Positions 36,210-43,776 of a stretch of DNA of 55,160 nucleotides are shown in pieces. The notes beneath the pieces were generated by a model that saw only the letters and a list, made by a program, of their open reading frames with translations, made no database searches and was not told where the DNA came from. The stretch is from a virus, in the IMG/VR virus record IMGVR_UViG_3300012065_000001, positions 1-55,160 of that record, one strand, 5' to 3'. The position numbers and the translations under genes were made by a program. Within the stretch, counting starts at the first letter, position 1. Every line of letters begins with the position of its first letter.

Positions 36210-36304
36210 TGGCGCAGTCCCAAAGGGTTAGAATAAAAACCGGCGCCAAGACTCCGAAAAAACCTAAGACGCCAAAAGCCTCTAGAAAATCAAAGAAAAA
36301 GTAA
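36209..36304 (+). CDS. Highly basic 31-aa peptide (below track cutoff)
   Basis: TGATG overlap with the upstream ORF; MAQSQRVRIKTGAKTPKKPKTPKASRKSKKK. Confidence 0.35.
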   Translation: MAQSQRVRIKTGAKTPKKPKTPKASRKSKKK

Positions 36305-36317
36305 GGCGGGTGACGCC

Positions 36318-36572
36318 TTGAAGTTGGAGCATCGAATAATTCGTGAAATGATTGGCAAAATGCCAGTTCCGGCGGCGAAGGAAATATTGAGAGCAAATTT
36401 ACCGGAACGAGAATACGAATCAATCTATTTAAGCGATGTAGAACAGTGGGACTTGTTTCAAATAGCAGATAAATTACATTGTACTGATAGTAACGTAAAA
36501 AAGATAAGGCGGTCAGGTTATGAAAAACTGGCCGCTATTTATTTTCCAAAAAAGAATATGTTTATACTTTAA
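36318..36572 (+). CDS. Sigma-70 region-4-like HTH protein (84 aa)
   Basis: LPEREYESIYLSDVEQWDLFQIADKLHCTDSNVKKIRRSGYEKL resembles sigma region 4.2 only. Confidence 0.5.
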   Translation: MKLEHRIIREMIGKMPVPAAKEILRANLPEREYESIYLSDVEQWDLFQIADKLHCTDSNVKKIRRSGYEKLAAIYFPKKNMFIL

Positions 36573-36618
36573 AGGCGCTTTCGCTGGACTTCTTTTGTCC
36601 AACGGGAGCGCCTTTTTT
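36571..36618 (+). terminator. Intrinsic terminator
   Basis: AAAGGCGCT/AGCGCCTTT outer stem with an inner TGGAC/GTCCA hairpin, then TTTTGTTT. Confidence 0.7.
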
Positions 36619-36663
36619 GTTTACAATTATATCAATAAGATACGAACGAACAGGGGGCTGGAT

Positions 36664-36822
36664 ATGCTCGATAAAATGGACAATGCCCTTATGGACTTAA
36701 CAAAAATGGCCATAGAAATGGTGGACGACGCAAAGAAAAAAGGCACGTTTAACAAGGAATTCGTTGAGGCTGTTTGCATTATTTTTTCAATGGCCTACGG
36801 GAGGTTTGAAAATGATAAGTAG
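36664..36822 (+). CDS. Small hypothetical protein (52 aa)
   Basis: ATG 36664 after CAGGGGG. Confidence 0.45.
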   Translation: MLDKMDNALMDLTKMAIEMVDDAKKKGTFNKEFVEAVCIIFSMAYGRFENDK

Positions 36823-37045
36823 CCTGATTGTGCCTCCGAAATCAAAGAGTTCTGAGTCCGTGACCTCAGTACCCTCTACAACTGCCCAGAATTGCGCCAG
36901 GCTGTTTATCGGCAGCATGGGCGATAATCAACGCGAACGGTTCAAAAAGATGCTACAGAGCGGCATACCGTGCGGAGAGAGTGCGGCGAAATCATATGGC
37001 ATACCGCTTAACGAATTTATTGCGGAAGTGAAAAAAATCATATAG
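36812..37045 (+). CDS. Hypothetical protein (77 aa)
   Basis: ATG 36812 after GGGAGG. Confidence 0.45.
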   Translation: MISSLIVPPKSKSSESVTSVPSTTAQNCARLFIGSMGDNQRERFKKMLQSGIPCGESAAKSYGIPLNEFIAEVKKII

Positions 37046-37143
37046 TTTGCTCCCGATTTTGTCGGTTGCGATATAGGGCTATGGGTGTATTGACACACCT
37101 CAGTATGCCTATAGCTCAAATAATTATAAGGGTGTGATTATAA

Positions 37144-37596
37144 ATGGCTGATTATTTTAGTCCGAGCGGTTATCCGTATGGATACCAAAAGCAATACCCC
37201 ACAAGGGTTATTAGCGGGGACCAAATTTTAGAGCTTAACGGAGAGCAGCAGCAGACGCTTATAGGACATACGCTGGCCTATTGCAATGAGCTTGAATCCG
37301 CGCTAAATGAGGCGGTCTCGAAGGCCGAGAAGTTTTATGACCGGCTTGTTGAATTGGGCGACATCGTTCCTCCCAAATCAGCAGAGGAATTGCTTAAAGA
37401 GCAGGCGGCACAACAGCAGGAAATAAACGCAACTCTATTATCAACCATACAAAAATTATCCGACAAAATAGATCGGATGGAAAGGGAGGATAATGATGCC
37501 GGACTTAACACAAGTAGCACTGACAGCGGCAAGAGCATTCAACCCGGAGTTAGCAGACCGGGCCGAAAAGGAGCTAAAGAAATATCCGAAAACTAA
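37144..37596 (+). CDS. Hypothetical protein (150 aa), cargo operon 1
   Basis: Y/P/G-rich N-terminus, coiled-coil centre, low-complexity tail overlapping the next ORF. Confidence 0.55.
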   Translation: MADYFSPSGYPYGYQKQYPTRVISGDQILELNGEQQQTLIGHTLAYCNELESALNEAVSKAEKFYDRLVELGDIVPPKSAEELLKEQAAQQQEINATLLSTIQKLSDKIDRMEREDNDAGLNTSSTDSGKSIQPGVSRPGRKGAKEISEN

Positions 37597-37837
37597 AGAG
37601 GGGCTGCAACAAGTAATTGCCGAATACGGAGGAATGGCATTCGTGGACAGTGCGGTCGATTTTGCTACGAAGGCACCGAAGGTAAAAGCTCTGTTCGATA
37701 AATTCAAGGTAAACCCGAGAACCTTAAAAGATAATGTCATGAAGGAATTACAGACTGGCAATCAGCCAGCCAGCACCAAACAAAAAGGCGAGAATTCCGC
37801 ATTGTCTTCTCTGGAAAGATTGAAAAAACTTAGATAG
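37493..37837 (+). CDS. Hypothetical protein (114 aa), cargo operon 1
   Basis: ATG after AGGGAGG; overlaps the previous ORF by ~100 nt in the +1 frame. Confidence 0.55.
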   Translation: MMPDLTQVALTAARAFNPELADRAEKELKKYPKTKEGLQQVIAEYGGMAFVDSAVDFATKAPKVKALFDKFKVNPRTLKDNVMKELQTGNQPASTKQKGENSALSSLERLKKLR

Positions 37838-37888
37838 AACCGCCATAATGGCGTGACTATATATAATATTTCACGAAAGGAGAAAATT

Positions 37889-38446
37889 ATGGCTTCATAT
37901 GACGTTAATAATGACATCGTAGGTGGCGGCGGTCTTGGCTTTGGCGGCTTTGGCGGCGGTTGTGGACTGCTTGTAGTCCTCTTGATACTGTTCGCAGTAT
38001 TTAGCGGCGGCGGTTTGTTCGGCAGGCATGACGGGCATCATGACGATTGGCACCGTGACTTCTTCGCTGGCAAGTTCCCTTGTTGCGACGGAACCAGCAA
38101 TTGCCAGATCGACAAAGATGTTCTCACTTCCCGCGACGCTGGTATTATCGAGCAAAACAAGCTCTATGAGAAAAATCTGGAACGCAAGATTCTTGAGCGC
38201 GACATGATTATCCAGGAGCAGAAGAACCAGCTGTTTGTCGGTGGCATGTTTGGCAATCTGGAGAAGGAGCTTGCTTGCAAGTTCAATATGATTGAAGCGC
38301 AGCTTGAGCGCAAGCCTAATGTGGTTCCTCATTACGCAAAGACTGTTGACGCTTGCGTGCAACCTCAAATGAACTGTTTCGACAGGTTCCGTGAATTCGG
38401 TGATGGCAGACGTGACCGTGACCGTGACGATTGCTGCTTCTGTTAA
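37889..38446 (+). CDS. Gly-rich/TM, His- and Cys-containing hypothetical protein (185 aa)
   Basis: ATG after GAAAGGAGA; GGGGLGFGGFGGGCGLLVVLLILFAVFSGGGLFG, HDGHHDDWH, PCCDGTSNC, C-terminal DRDRDDCCFC. Confidence 0.6.
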   Translation: MASYDVNNDIVGGGGLGFGGFGGGCGLLVVLLILFAVFSGGGLFGRHDGHHDDWHRDFFAGKFPCCDGTSNCQIDKDVLTSRDAGIIEQNKLYEKNLERKILERDMIIQEQKNQLFVGGMFGNLEKELACKFNMIEAQLERKPNVVPHYAKTVDACVQPQMNCFDRFREFGDGRRDRDRDDCCFC

Positions 38447-38543
38447 TCCCGAAAATCAATAATTAACTCGTTATCGCTTTACGTTAAAGCGTCATTAGGA
38501 GTGACGTAATGACGTTGCTCCTGATTTTTATGAGGTGATATAT

Positions 38544-38738
38544 ATGATACCTATCCAAGCTATCGCGCTTATTTACGCTGGCATGATGATTGAGAGCCCT
38601 GAGAGGCGAAAACAATTTATGGCTTTTATCAATAATTCCGGCGCGAATATCGAAAAAACAATCAATAATCTTACGAGTAAAGGCGGGGTGGCTAATGACG
38701 ACGAAGCCGCCACAGAAGAATCGACTGAGTTTAGATAA
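38544..38738 (+). CDS. Small hypothetical protein, cargo operon 2
   Basis: ATG 38544 after GAGGTGA; hydrophobic N-terminus. Confidence 0.5.
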   Translation: MIPIQAIALIYAGMMIESPERRKQFMAFINNSGANIEKTINNLTSKGGVANDDEAATEESTEFR

Positions 38739-38952
38739 CGAAATTGCTATTCGCAGTTCTATCGGCGCTTGGTGGGGCTCGTGGCTAACTTCTGTTATTT
38801 TGATCGTAGCGGTAAGAAATCTATTTATTAATACGCGGACCCTCACTCTGACCAGCGAGAACCTTGAAAATACCAAACGAAACGCCGAGAATACCACCGA
38901 AATGATTGAACAACTTAAAAAAATAAACTCTCAATTAGAAAGGATGACTTAA
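38695..38952 (+). CDS. Single-TM hypothetical protein (85 aa)
   Basis: TM segment IGAWWGSWLTSVILIVAV, then a coiled coil. Confidence 0.5.
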   Translation: MTTKPPQKNRLSLDNEIAIRSSIGAWWGSWLTSVILIVAVRNLFINTRTLTLTSENLENTKRNAENTTEMIEQLKKINSQLERMT

Positions 38953-39345
38953 ATGTCTATTTGCTGCAATTGTCCCACCAAGATTGTGTCTACTGCTATT
39001 GCGGTAGTTGGCACTAACTTGCAAATTACCATCCCTGCCGACCCGGCGCTTACTCCCAGCACAAAATATTGTCTTGTGTTAGCGCAGCCCATTCCCGACG
39101 CTGGCGAAGCATTACCTGTTACCATATTGCCAACCGGAGGCACCGCTATACCGCTGCTGAAAACTATCTGCTGCATAACCAATAGCCGCGGCGGTTGCGC
39201 ACAATGCACCTTTGGCGATCAGGAATTCGGAATCGATCTTCCCGAGCGTGGCCGCACGCGCATTCCGCTTTACCTCAACAACAATATGAGCGACTTTTTT
39301 GACCTCCGTGGAGTGGAGCATCTTCGGCGTTGTAGGAGGGGTTAA
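38953..39345 (+). CDS. Cys-rich hypothetical protein (130 aa)
   Basis: MSICCNCPTK..KTICCITNSRGGCAQC..; starts immediately after the upstream stop. Confidence 0.6.
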   Translation: MSICCNCPTKIVSTAIAVVGTNLQITIPADPALTPSTKYCLVLAQPIPDAGEALPVTILPTGGTAIPLLKTICCITNSRGGCAQCTFGDQEFGIDLPERGRTRIPLYLNNNMSDFFDLRGVEHLRRCRRG

Positions 39346-39347
39346 TT

Positions 39348-39893
39348 ATGCCTTACGATATGAGGAACCTCGGCAATCCCGGAACTGAGCCTAAAAACAT
39401 GGGCGAACTCCTTGAATGCATTGATGAAATTTTGCTTCATAACCTCATGTTTAATGACAAGGCAATGAAGAATTGTCATGCTATGGGATTCAATGGATAT
39501 AAACGTATGCACAGATGGAATGCAAAGAAATTTTTGTGCTGGCATATCGACCTTGAGAACGAAGCTTATGACAAATACCGCATGACGCTGGAAACCAAGG
39601 CTGCAGATTTTGATTATAACCCTAGCGATCTTATAAGCCATTTGCAGAAATGGGACATGAAACTCGGTGAAGATATAAAGGCGCTCGGACGTTACAATAA
39701 TATGTATCGCGAATGGTCCGGCAAAGATAACTGCGTAATTGACGCTGCCTTAGCTTGTATGGTTAAAAACTATGAAAAAGCTGGGCGCTGGTACAAGCGC
39801 TTTATGGAAACCAAGTCTATGCACGATATGCATGATTTGGACGATACACTTCACGCAAAATACAAGGCCATGGAAGAGGCTGCCGGGCATTGA
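39348..39893 (+). CDS. Helical (ferritin-like?) hypothetical protein (181 aa)
   Basis: Helix-rich; GFNGYKRMHRWNAKKFLCWHIDLENEAYD is vaguely ferritin/Dps-like. Unassigned. Confidence 0.55.
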   Translation: MPYDMRNLGNPGTEPKNMGELLECIDEILLHNLMFNDKAMKNCHAMGFNGYKRMHRWNAKKFLCWHIDLENEAYDKYRMTLETKAADFDYNPSDLISHLQKWDMKLGEDIKALGRYNNMYREWSGKDNCVIDAALACMVKNYEKAGRWYKRFMETKSMHDMHDLDDTLHAKYKAMEEAAGH

Positions 39894-39914
39894 GCTGGAA
39901 AAAATTACTGATAA

Positions 39915-39943
39915 AAAAGACTGGATGTTCAGTCTTTTTTTTG
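39915..39943 (+). terminator. Intrinsic terminator
   Basis: AAAAGACTG/CAGTCTTTT stem plus T-run. Confidence 0.85.
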
Positions 39944-39992
39944 ATTTTTCAGGCAGGGCATGGTAAAATATTGGAAAAAGGGAGGGTGTTTT

Positions 39993-40358
39993 ATGAGTGC
40001 CAAAAATGCAGTAATAGCAGGAGATTATGAGGGCAAAGGCATAATAATATTGCGAGGGTTTCCGGAAAAGGTCGCGATAATATTAAAGGCATTCGGCAAG
40101 GATGGCAAAATAATACTTGATAAGACAGCGATAGAAAATTATGAGGTAGTCACAGAAGAATCAAGTAAAAGTGCGTCAAGCGCTATCGCAAGAGGGGCGA
40201 TGGGCGGTTTTCTTTTGGGCCCAATTGGATTGCTTGCAGGAATTTCTGCGAAAAATAAAAATTCTCATACCGTAGCGATACAATTTAAGGATGGAAAGAA
40301 AAGTCTAATTGAGGTTGATGGCAAAATTTATAAAGCGTTGATAAAGGAGTTATTTTAA
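39993..40358 (+). CDS. Hypothetical membrane-associated protein (121 aa)
   Basis: ATG after GGGAGGG; central GAMGGFLLGPIGLLAGI hydrophobic segment; bounded by terminators on both sides. Confidence 0.55.
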   Translation: MSAKNAVIAGDYEGKGIIILRGFPEKVAIILKAFGKDGKIILDKTAIENYEVVTEESSKSASSAIARGAMGGFLLGPIGLLAGISAKNKNSHTVAIQFKDGKKSLIEVDGKIYKALIKELF

Positions 40359-40371
40359 ACACGGGAATACG

Positions 40372-40397
40372 CCCGCCCTAGTCGGCGGGTTTTTATT
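40372..40397 (+). terminator. Intrinsic terminator
   Basis: CCCGCC/GGCGGG stem plus TTTTTATTT. Confidence 0.8.
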
Positions 40398-40420
40398 TGC
40401 GAAAAATATTGAAAAAAGTA

Positions 40421-40449
40421 TTGACAAGATACACAATGCAACATATAAT
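40421..40449 (+). promoter_or_regulatory. Consensus sigma-70 promoter
   Basis: TTGACA - 17 nt - TATAAT (perfect hexamers). Confidence 0.75.
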
Positions 40450-40470
40450 AATATTAAGATACAAAAGGAG

Positions 40471-40647
40471 GTGAACATCATTGCTGAATGGATAACGGAA
40501 AAAGAATTGTGCGAATGGCTAAAAATCCAACGGGTAACAGCTTATCGTTGGCGAAAAGAAGGAATGCCTTACATTGGGCAACGAAAATCCATTCGTTACA
40601 ACAAGGAAGAAGTTGAAACGTGGTTTAAATCCAGAAACAAAGAATAG
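40471..40647 (+). CDS. Excisionase-family (MerR-like) HTH protein; likely initiates at ATT 40480
   Basis: Below track cutoff. ..WITEKELCEWLKIQRVTAYRWRKEGMPYIGQRKSIRYNKEEVETWF matches the Xis-type HTH. The perfect SD AAAGGAGGTGA (40464-40474) contains the only canonical start (GTG 40471). Confidence 0.7.
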   Translation: MNIIAEWITEKELCEWLKIQRVTAYRWRKEGMPYIGQRKSIRYNKEEVETWFKSRNKE

Positions 40648-40761
40648 CCGTATCCCCGACCAAGAGAACAACGACTATTCCGGCACAAAGGAATCCCTCT
40701 GTAAATCCAATTATACTACAGACGAACTCCTTAATCAAATTATTTTAAGGAGGTTTTTTAT

Positions 40762-41016
40762 TTGAAAATTGATTACGCAAATTACGTTCGGAGTACAAAA
40801 GAAAAGGAAACCGATGAGCTTATAATCCAACAAGCCTGTACCGATATCAAGGCCGCATTAAAAGCGGCTGGTGTACATGGCAAAGTTAACGTCGAATACT
40901 ACAAAGATGCCGCGCTCGTTATGCTGGATGGCAAATATTACAATATGTTTAACTACGAGACAAAAATGTTTTTTAAGGGTTCAGTCGGCGATTACGGGCC
41001 ACTAGAAGAAAGGTAG
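40762..41016 (+). CDS. Hypothetical protein (84 aa)
   Basis: TTG after AAGGAGG. Confidence 0.5.
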   Translation: MKIDYANYVRSTKEKETDELIIQQACTDIKAALKAAGVHGKVNVEYYKDAALVMLDGKYYNMFNYETKMFFKGSVGDYGPLEER

Positions 41017-41049
41017 GGGCGCGTGGATGGTAGTTAAGAACATGGGCTA

Positions 41050-41076
41050 AAACGCACAAGGCCGGCAGATCACCCG
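41050..41076 (+). terminator. Intrinsic terminator (first of a tandem pair)
   Basis: GCCGGC/GCCGGC stem plus TTTTT. Confidence 0.7.
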
Positions 41077-41139
41077 CCGGCTTTTTCCTTATCCCAAAAT
41101 ACGTCTATAGGGATTCCCATGGACCCCCGCCTGACAACG

Positions 41140-41181
41140 CCCGCCGGCAACAGCCCGAAGCTCGTTGCCTGGCGGGTTTTT
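41140..41181 (+). terminator. Intrinsic terminator (second of the tandem pair)
   Basis: 12-bp stem CCCGCCGGCAAC/GTTGCC(T)GGCGGG plus TTTTT. Confidence 0.8.
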
Positions 41182-41294
41182 ACACGTAATGTGCTTGTAA
41201 AAGCATATAATTTCTGCGAATCACACGTCTTGTCTGTTTACATTGGTGTACCAGCATGGTATACTTATATCATAAACAAGGGGAGGTAAACAAG

Positions 41295-41723
41295 ATGACA
41301 ACCAGGCAAAACAAATATTACAAAAAGGGCCAAGAACTGGCCCAACAGTACGAAACAGAATTTGAAGGCTTCCGGGGCCTGGTCCGGAAATTGGTCGAGG
41401 AGAACGAATTCGACCTACTGGATAGTCTAGAAAGCGGTTTCCCGACCAACGACCTCTGGCTGTGGGCAGGATACCGCGGATATGAGCCAGAATATAAAAC
41501 GGCTCAGAGGTTTGGAAGGCTCCCCGAGAACGGAAGAAGCAGAAACCACGCTGATAACACGCTGGAAAATGGCGTATCGGTAATAGGCTTTGGAAGCGAA
41601 TCCAGCTTATACGATGTGATTCTAGGCTGGCAAGGGATTGAAAAAGTAAATGTTTCGGGTTGGTATTTGGGCCAACGCGGATCAGATGGGGAACCATTAC
41701 TGGTTGATTGTAAAGAAGTATAA
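41295..41723 (+). CDS. Hypothetical protein (142 aa)
   Basis: ATG after GGGGAGG; RNHADNTLENGVSVIGF ... GSDGEPLLVD. No family assigned. Confidence 0.6.
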   Translation: MTTRQNKYYKKGQELAQQYETEFEGFRGLVRKLVEENEFDLLDSLESGFPTNDLWLWAGYRGYEPEYKTAQRFGRLPENGRSRNHADNTLENGVSVIGFGSESSLYDVILGWQGIEKVNVSGWYLGQRGSDGEPLLVDCKEV

Positions 41724-41747
41724 ACTATATAATAAGGAGAGAACAAA

Positions 41748-42128
41748 ATGACAGCAACAGAAATTATCCAGACCATAGATAACACAAATTTCCGATTCTA
41801 TGGAATCACTTCAAGGGACGCAAAATATCAGGTTGGCGATGACAACCTTGAACAGTCTTTCTATTGGGTTCCGACAGAAGGAAGAAAAACTGAGGAATAT
41901 ATAGGTGGGGTGTGCGCCACTAGGATAGACACCACATTCTGTGGCTGTTGCGAAGTAGACGAAAGAGCCATCGCGGCTGTGGAAGAAGCTCTCAAAACAA
42001 ACAACAGATACGGATGTGACCATCAATATTTGCTGGGATCGGACTACCTGGTTGATGAAACCGTTGAAGCAGATGACCCCGGCGAAATCATTTTGGACGA
42101 GCCGGTTGTACTTGCAATCATAAAATAA
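41748..42128 (+). CDS. Acidic hypothetical protein (126 aa)
   Basis: SD AAGGAGAG; GGVCATRID ... DDPGEIILDEPVV. Loosely parallels the preceding ORF. Confidence 0.6.
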   Translation: MTATEIIQTIDNTNFRFYGITSRDAKYQVGDDNLEQSFYWVPTEGRKTEEYIGGVCATRIDTTFCGCCEVDERAIAAVEEALKTNNRYGCDHQYLLGSDYLVDETVEADDPGEIILDEPVVLAIIK

Positions 42129-42242
42129 AACAATTTGGTTCCCGGCCAACCAGAAAACCGGGGGAGAGGGAGGAAATCATGAGAATTTTATCAAACATGG
42201 AAGCACGGACTATACCTATGAAATAATAAAGGAGTGGTAAGC

Positions 42243-42440
42243 ATGATAATGAATGAAAGAGATTACACTGATACGGTTAGATTTAAAGAGCAGTGCGAAC
42301 AATTAATGAAAGCAGGCATTTCAGAAAAAGATTTGCTTAGATATAAGGAATTACATAAGCAATTTGATATATGGGGAAACGAAAAAGGCACAGATTATTC
42401 AAAAGCAGTAATTGCTTATGATACATCTAAGCTTGGATAA
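42243..42440 (+). CDS. Hypothetical protein (65 aa)
   Basis: ATG 8 nt after AAAGGAG. Confidence 0.5.
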   Translation: MIMNERDYTDTVRFKEQCEQLMKAGISEKDLLRYKELHKQFDIWGNEKGTDYSKAVIAYDTSKLG

Positions 42441-42492
42441 TAAGATTGGGAACCGACCCCGGCGGCTAATCCGGGTAGAAGGAGGAAATAGT

Positions 42493-42753
42493 ATGAATAT
42501 AAATACAGAAAAATTAAAAATCGGCTTTGAGCCGAAGCGGACAACCGCCTGGGGGCAAGACCTCCCTGAAAATACAGACATAGGGTGGTACACCCTGTCG
42601 GTGTCTGAGGATGGTCAATCCTCGGCTGGCTACTTCGGTGATAGCACTGAGAGGCATTATGCCTTCCGGAGAAGGCTGGTTGATGGGATTTTACAGGAGC
42701 AATCCTATGGCTATGGACAGGGCGACTTTTGGAATGAATGGGGGCCAGTATGA
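42493..42753 (+). CDS. Hypothetical protein (86 aa)
   Basis: ATG after GAAGGAGGA. Confidence 0.55.
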   Translation: MNINTEKLKIGFEPKRTTAWGQDLPENTDIGWYTLSVSEDGQSSAGYFGDSTERHYAFRRRLVDGILQEQSYGYGQGDFWNEWGPV

Positions 42754-43064
42754 AAAATATAAACCTGAGCCTGACCACCTGCCGGCGCATATTCGAAAAA
42801 CATGACCTGGAAATGGCTGAATATATTTCCGGAAAATCGGAAAAGGCATTGAACATGTCGGAAATATCCGACTATGCCCGTGGCCTGAGAGATAAGAGCC
42901 GCAATCAAAGCGCTGAGAGGTCCCACGAAAAAGCCGGTAGGCTTTCGAAATCCTATCGGTTGCCAAAAGAAACTGTTGATAGGTTTGCCGCAGCCTGCCG
43001 GGAGCGCGGAGAAACTCAGTCAGGCGTGCTAACTGAGCTTATGGAGAGATATACAGATGGCTAA
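42750..43064 (+). CDS. Ribbon-helix-helix (CopG-like) protein
   Basis: ATGA overlap; C-terminal KSYRLPKETVDRFAAACRERGETQSGVLTELMERY is RHH-like. Confidence 0.5.
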   Translation: MKNINLSLTTCRRIFEKHDLEMAEYISGKSEKALNMSEISDYARGLRDKSRNQSAERSHEKAGRLSKSYRLPKETVDRFAAACRERGETQSGVLTELMERYTDG

Positions 43065-43731
43065 CGTGGACAATGCCAAAACATGCAAGGCTGAGGGATG
43101 TACAAGGCTAGCTCGCGCTAAAGGATATTGCTATAAACATTATCAACAACTATATCACCATGGTCGTCTGACGCCAGAACGGGAGCAGCAGGAGCCAGGA
43201 CGGATATGCAGGGCGAGTGGATGCGGACGGTTAGCAAGCGGTGCCTTTGGGTACTGTTATGCCCATTATGCACAGATCAGGAATCACGGACGCCTGACAC
43301 CGGAGCTTGAAGTTGCCAAGAAGAAGCCTCAGTTATTACCGTGCAGTGCGGATGGATGCGATAGGCTTGCTGAGGCTGCCGGCTATTGCCGCAAGCATTA
43401 TCAGCAAATCCGTAGATATGGGCGAGTAACGCCTGACCGAGAGCGAGCAAGGAAAAAACCAACAACGCCAAGGGAATCCATGGAAGAGGACAAATACCCG
43501 ATTAAAAAATGTTTATTTTGCGGCAAAACTTTGCCAGTTGAAAAATTTAACAGTAAGCGAATTAATTATTGTGACGCGGTATGCCGATCCAAAAAATATT
43601 ATTACGAAAACCAGAAATCTTTGCTTGAAAAGAAGCGTCGGAAATATAGTGAAAATGACGAATACCGACAAAGATGTTTGCGGTATGAGAGAGAAAAGCA
43701 CAAAGACAAAAACAACGCCCTCCCCGAATAA
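43057..43731 (+). CDS. Zinc-ribbon repeat protein (3 tandem ~44-aa Cys/His units plus a C-terminal CxxC..C..C module)
   Basis: Three units of C-x3-GC-x-RLA-x3-6-GYC-x-(K/A)HY-x-Q-x4-GR(L/V)TP(E/D)xE, then CLFCGK..YCDAVCR. Confidence 0.65.
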   Translation: MANVDNAKTCKAEGCTRLARAKGYCYKHYQQLYHHGRLTPEREQQEPGRICRASGCGRLASGAFGYCYAHYAQIRNHGRLTPELEVAKKKPQLLPCSADGCDRLAEAAGYCRKHYQQIRRYGRVTPDRERARKKPTTPRESMEEDKYPIKKCLFCGKTLPVEKFNSKRINYCDAVCRSKKYYYENQKSLLEKKRRKYSENDEYRQRCLRYEREKHKDKNNALPE

Positions 43732-43748
43732 CCGGGAGGGAATTTTTT
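43718..43748 (+). terminator. Intrinsic terminator
   Basis: CCCTCCC/GGGAGGG stem plus AATTTTTT. Confidence 0.8.
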
Positions 43749-43776
43749 GTCGAAATAAAATTTTCAAAAAAATCTT

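Noticed and set aside
40574-40765. 63-aa track ORF
   Set aside because: Its 5' half overlaps the better-supported Xis-like frame (40471..40647). It has no SD and a low-complexity peptide.
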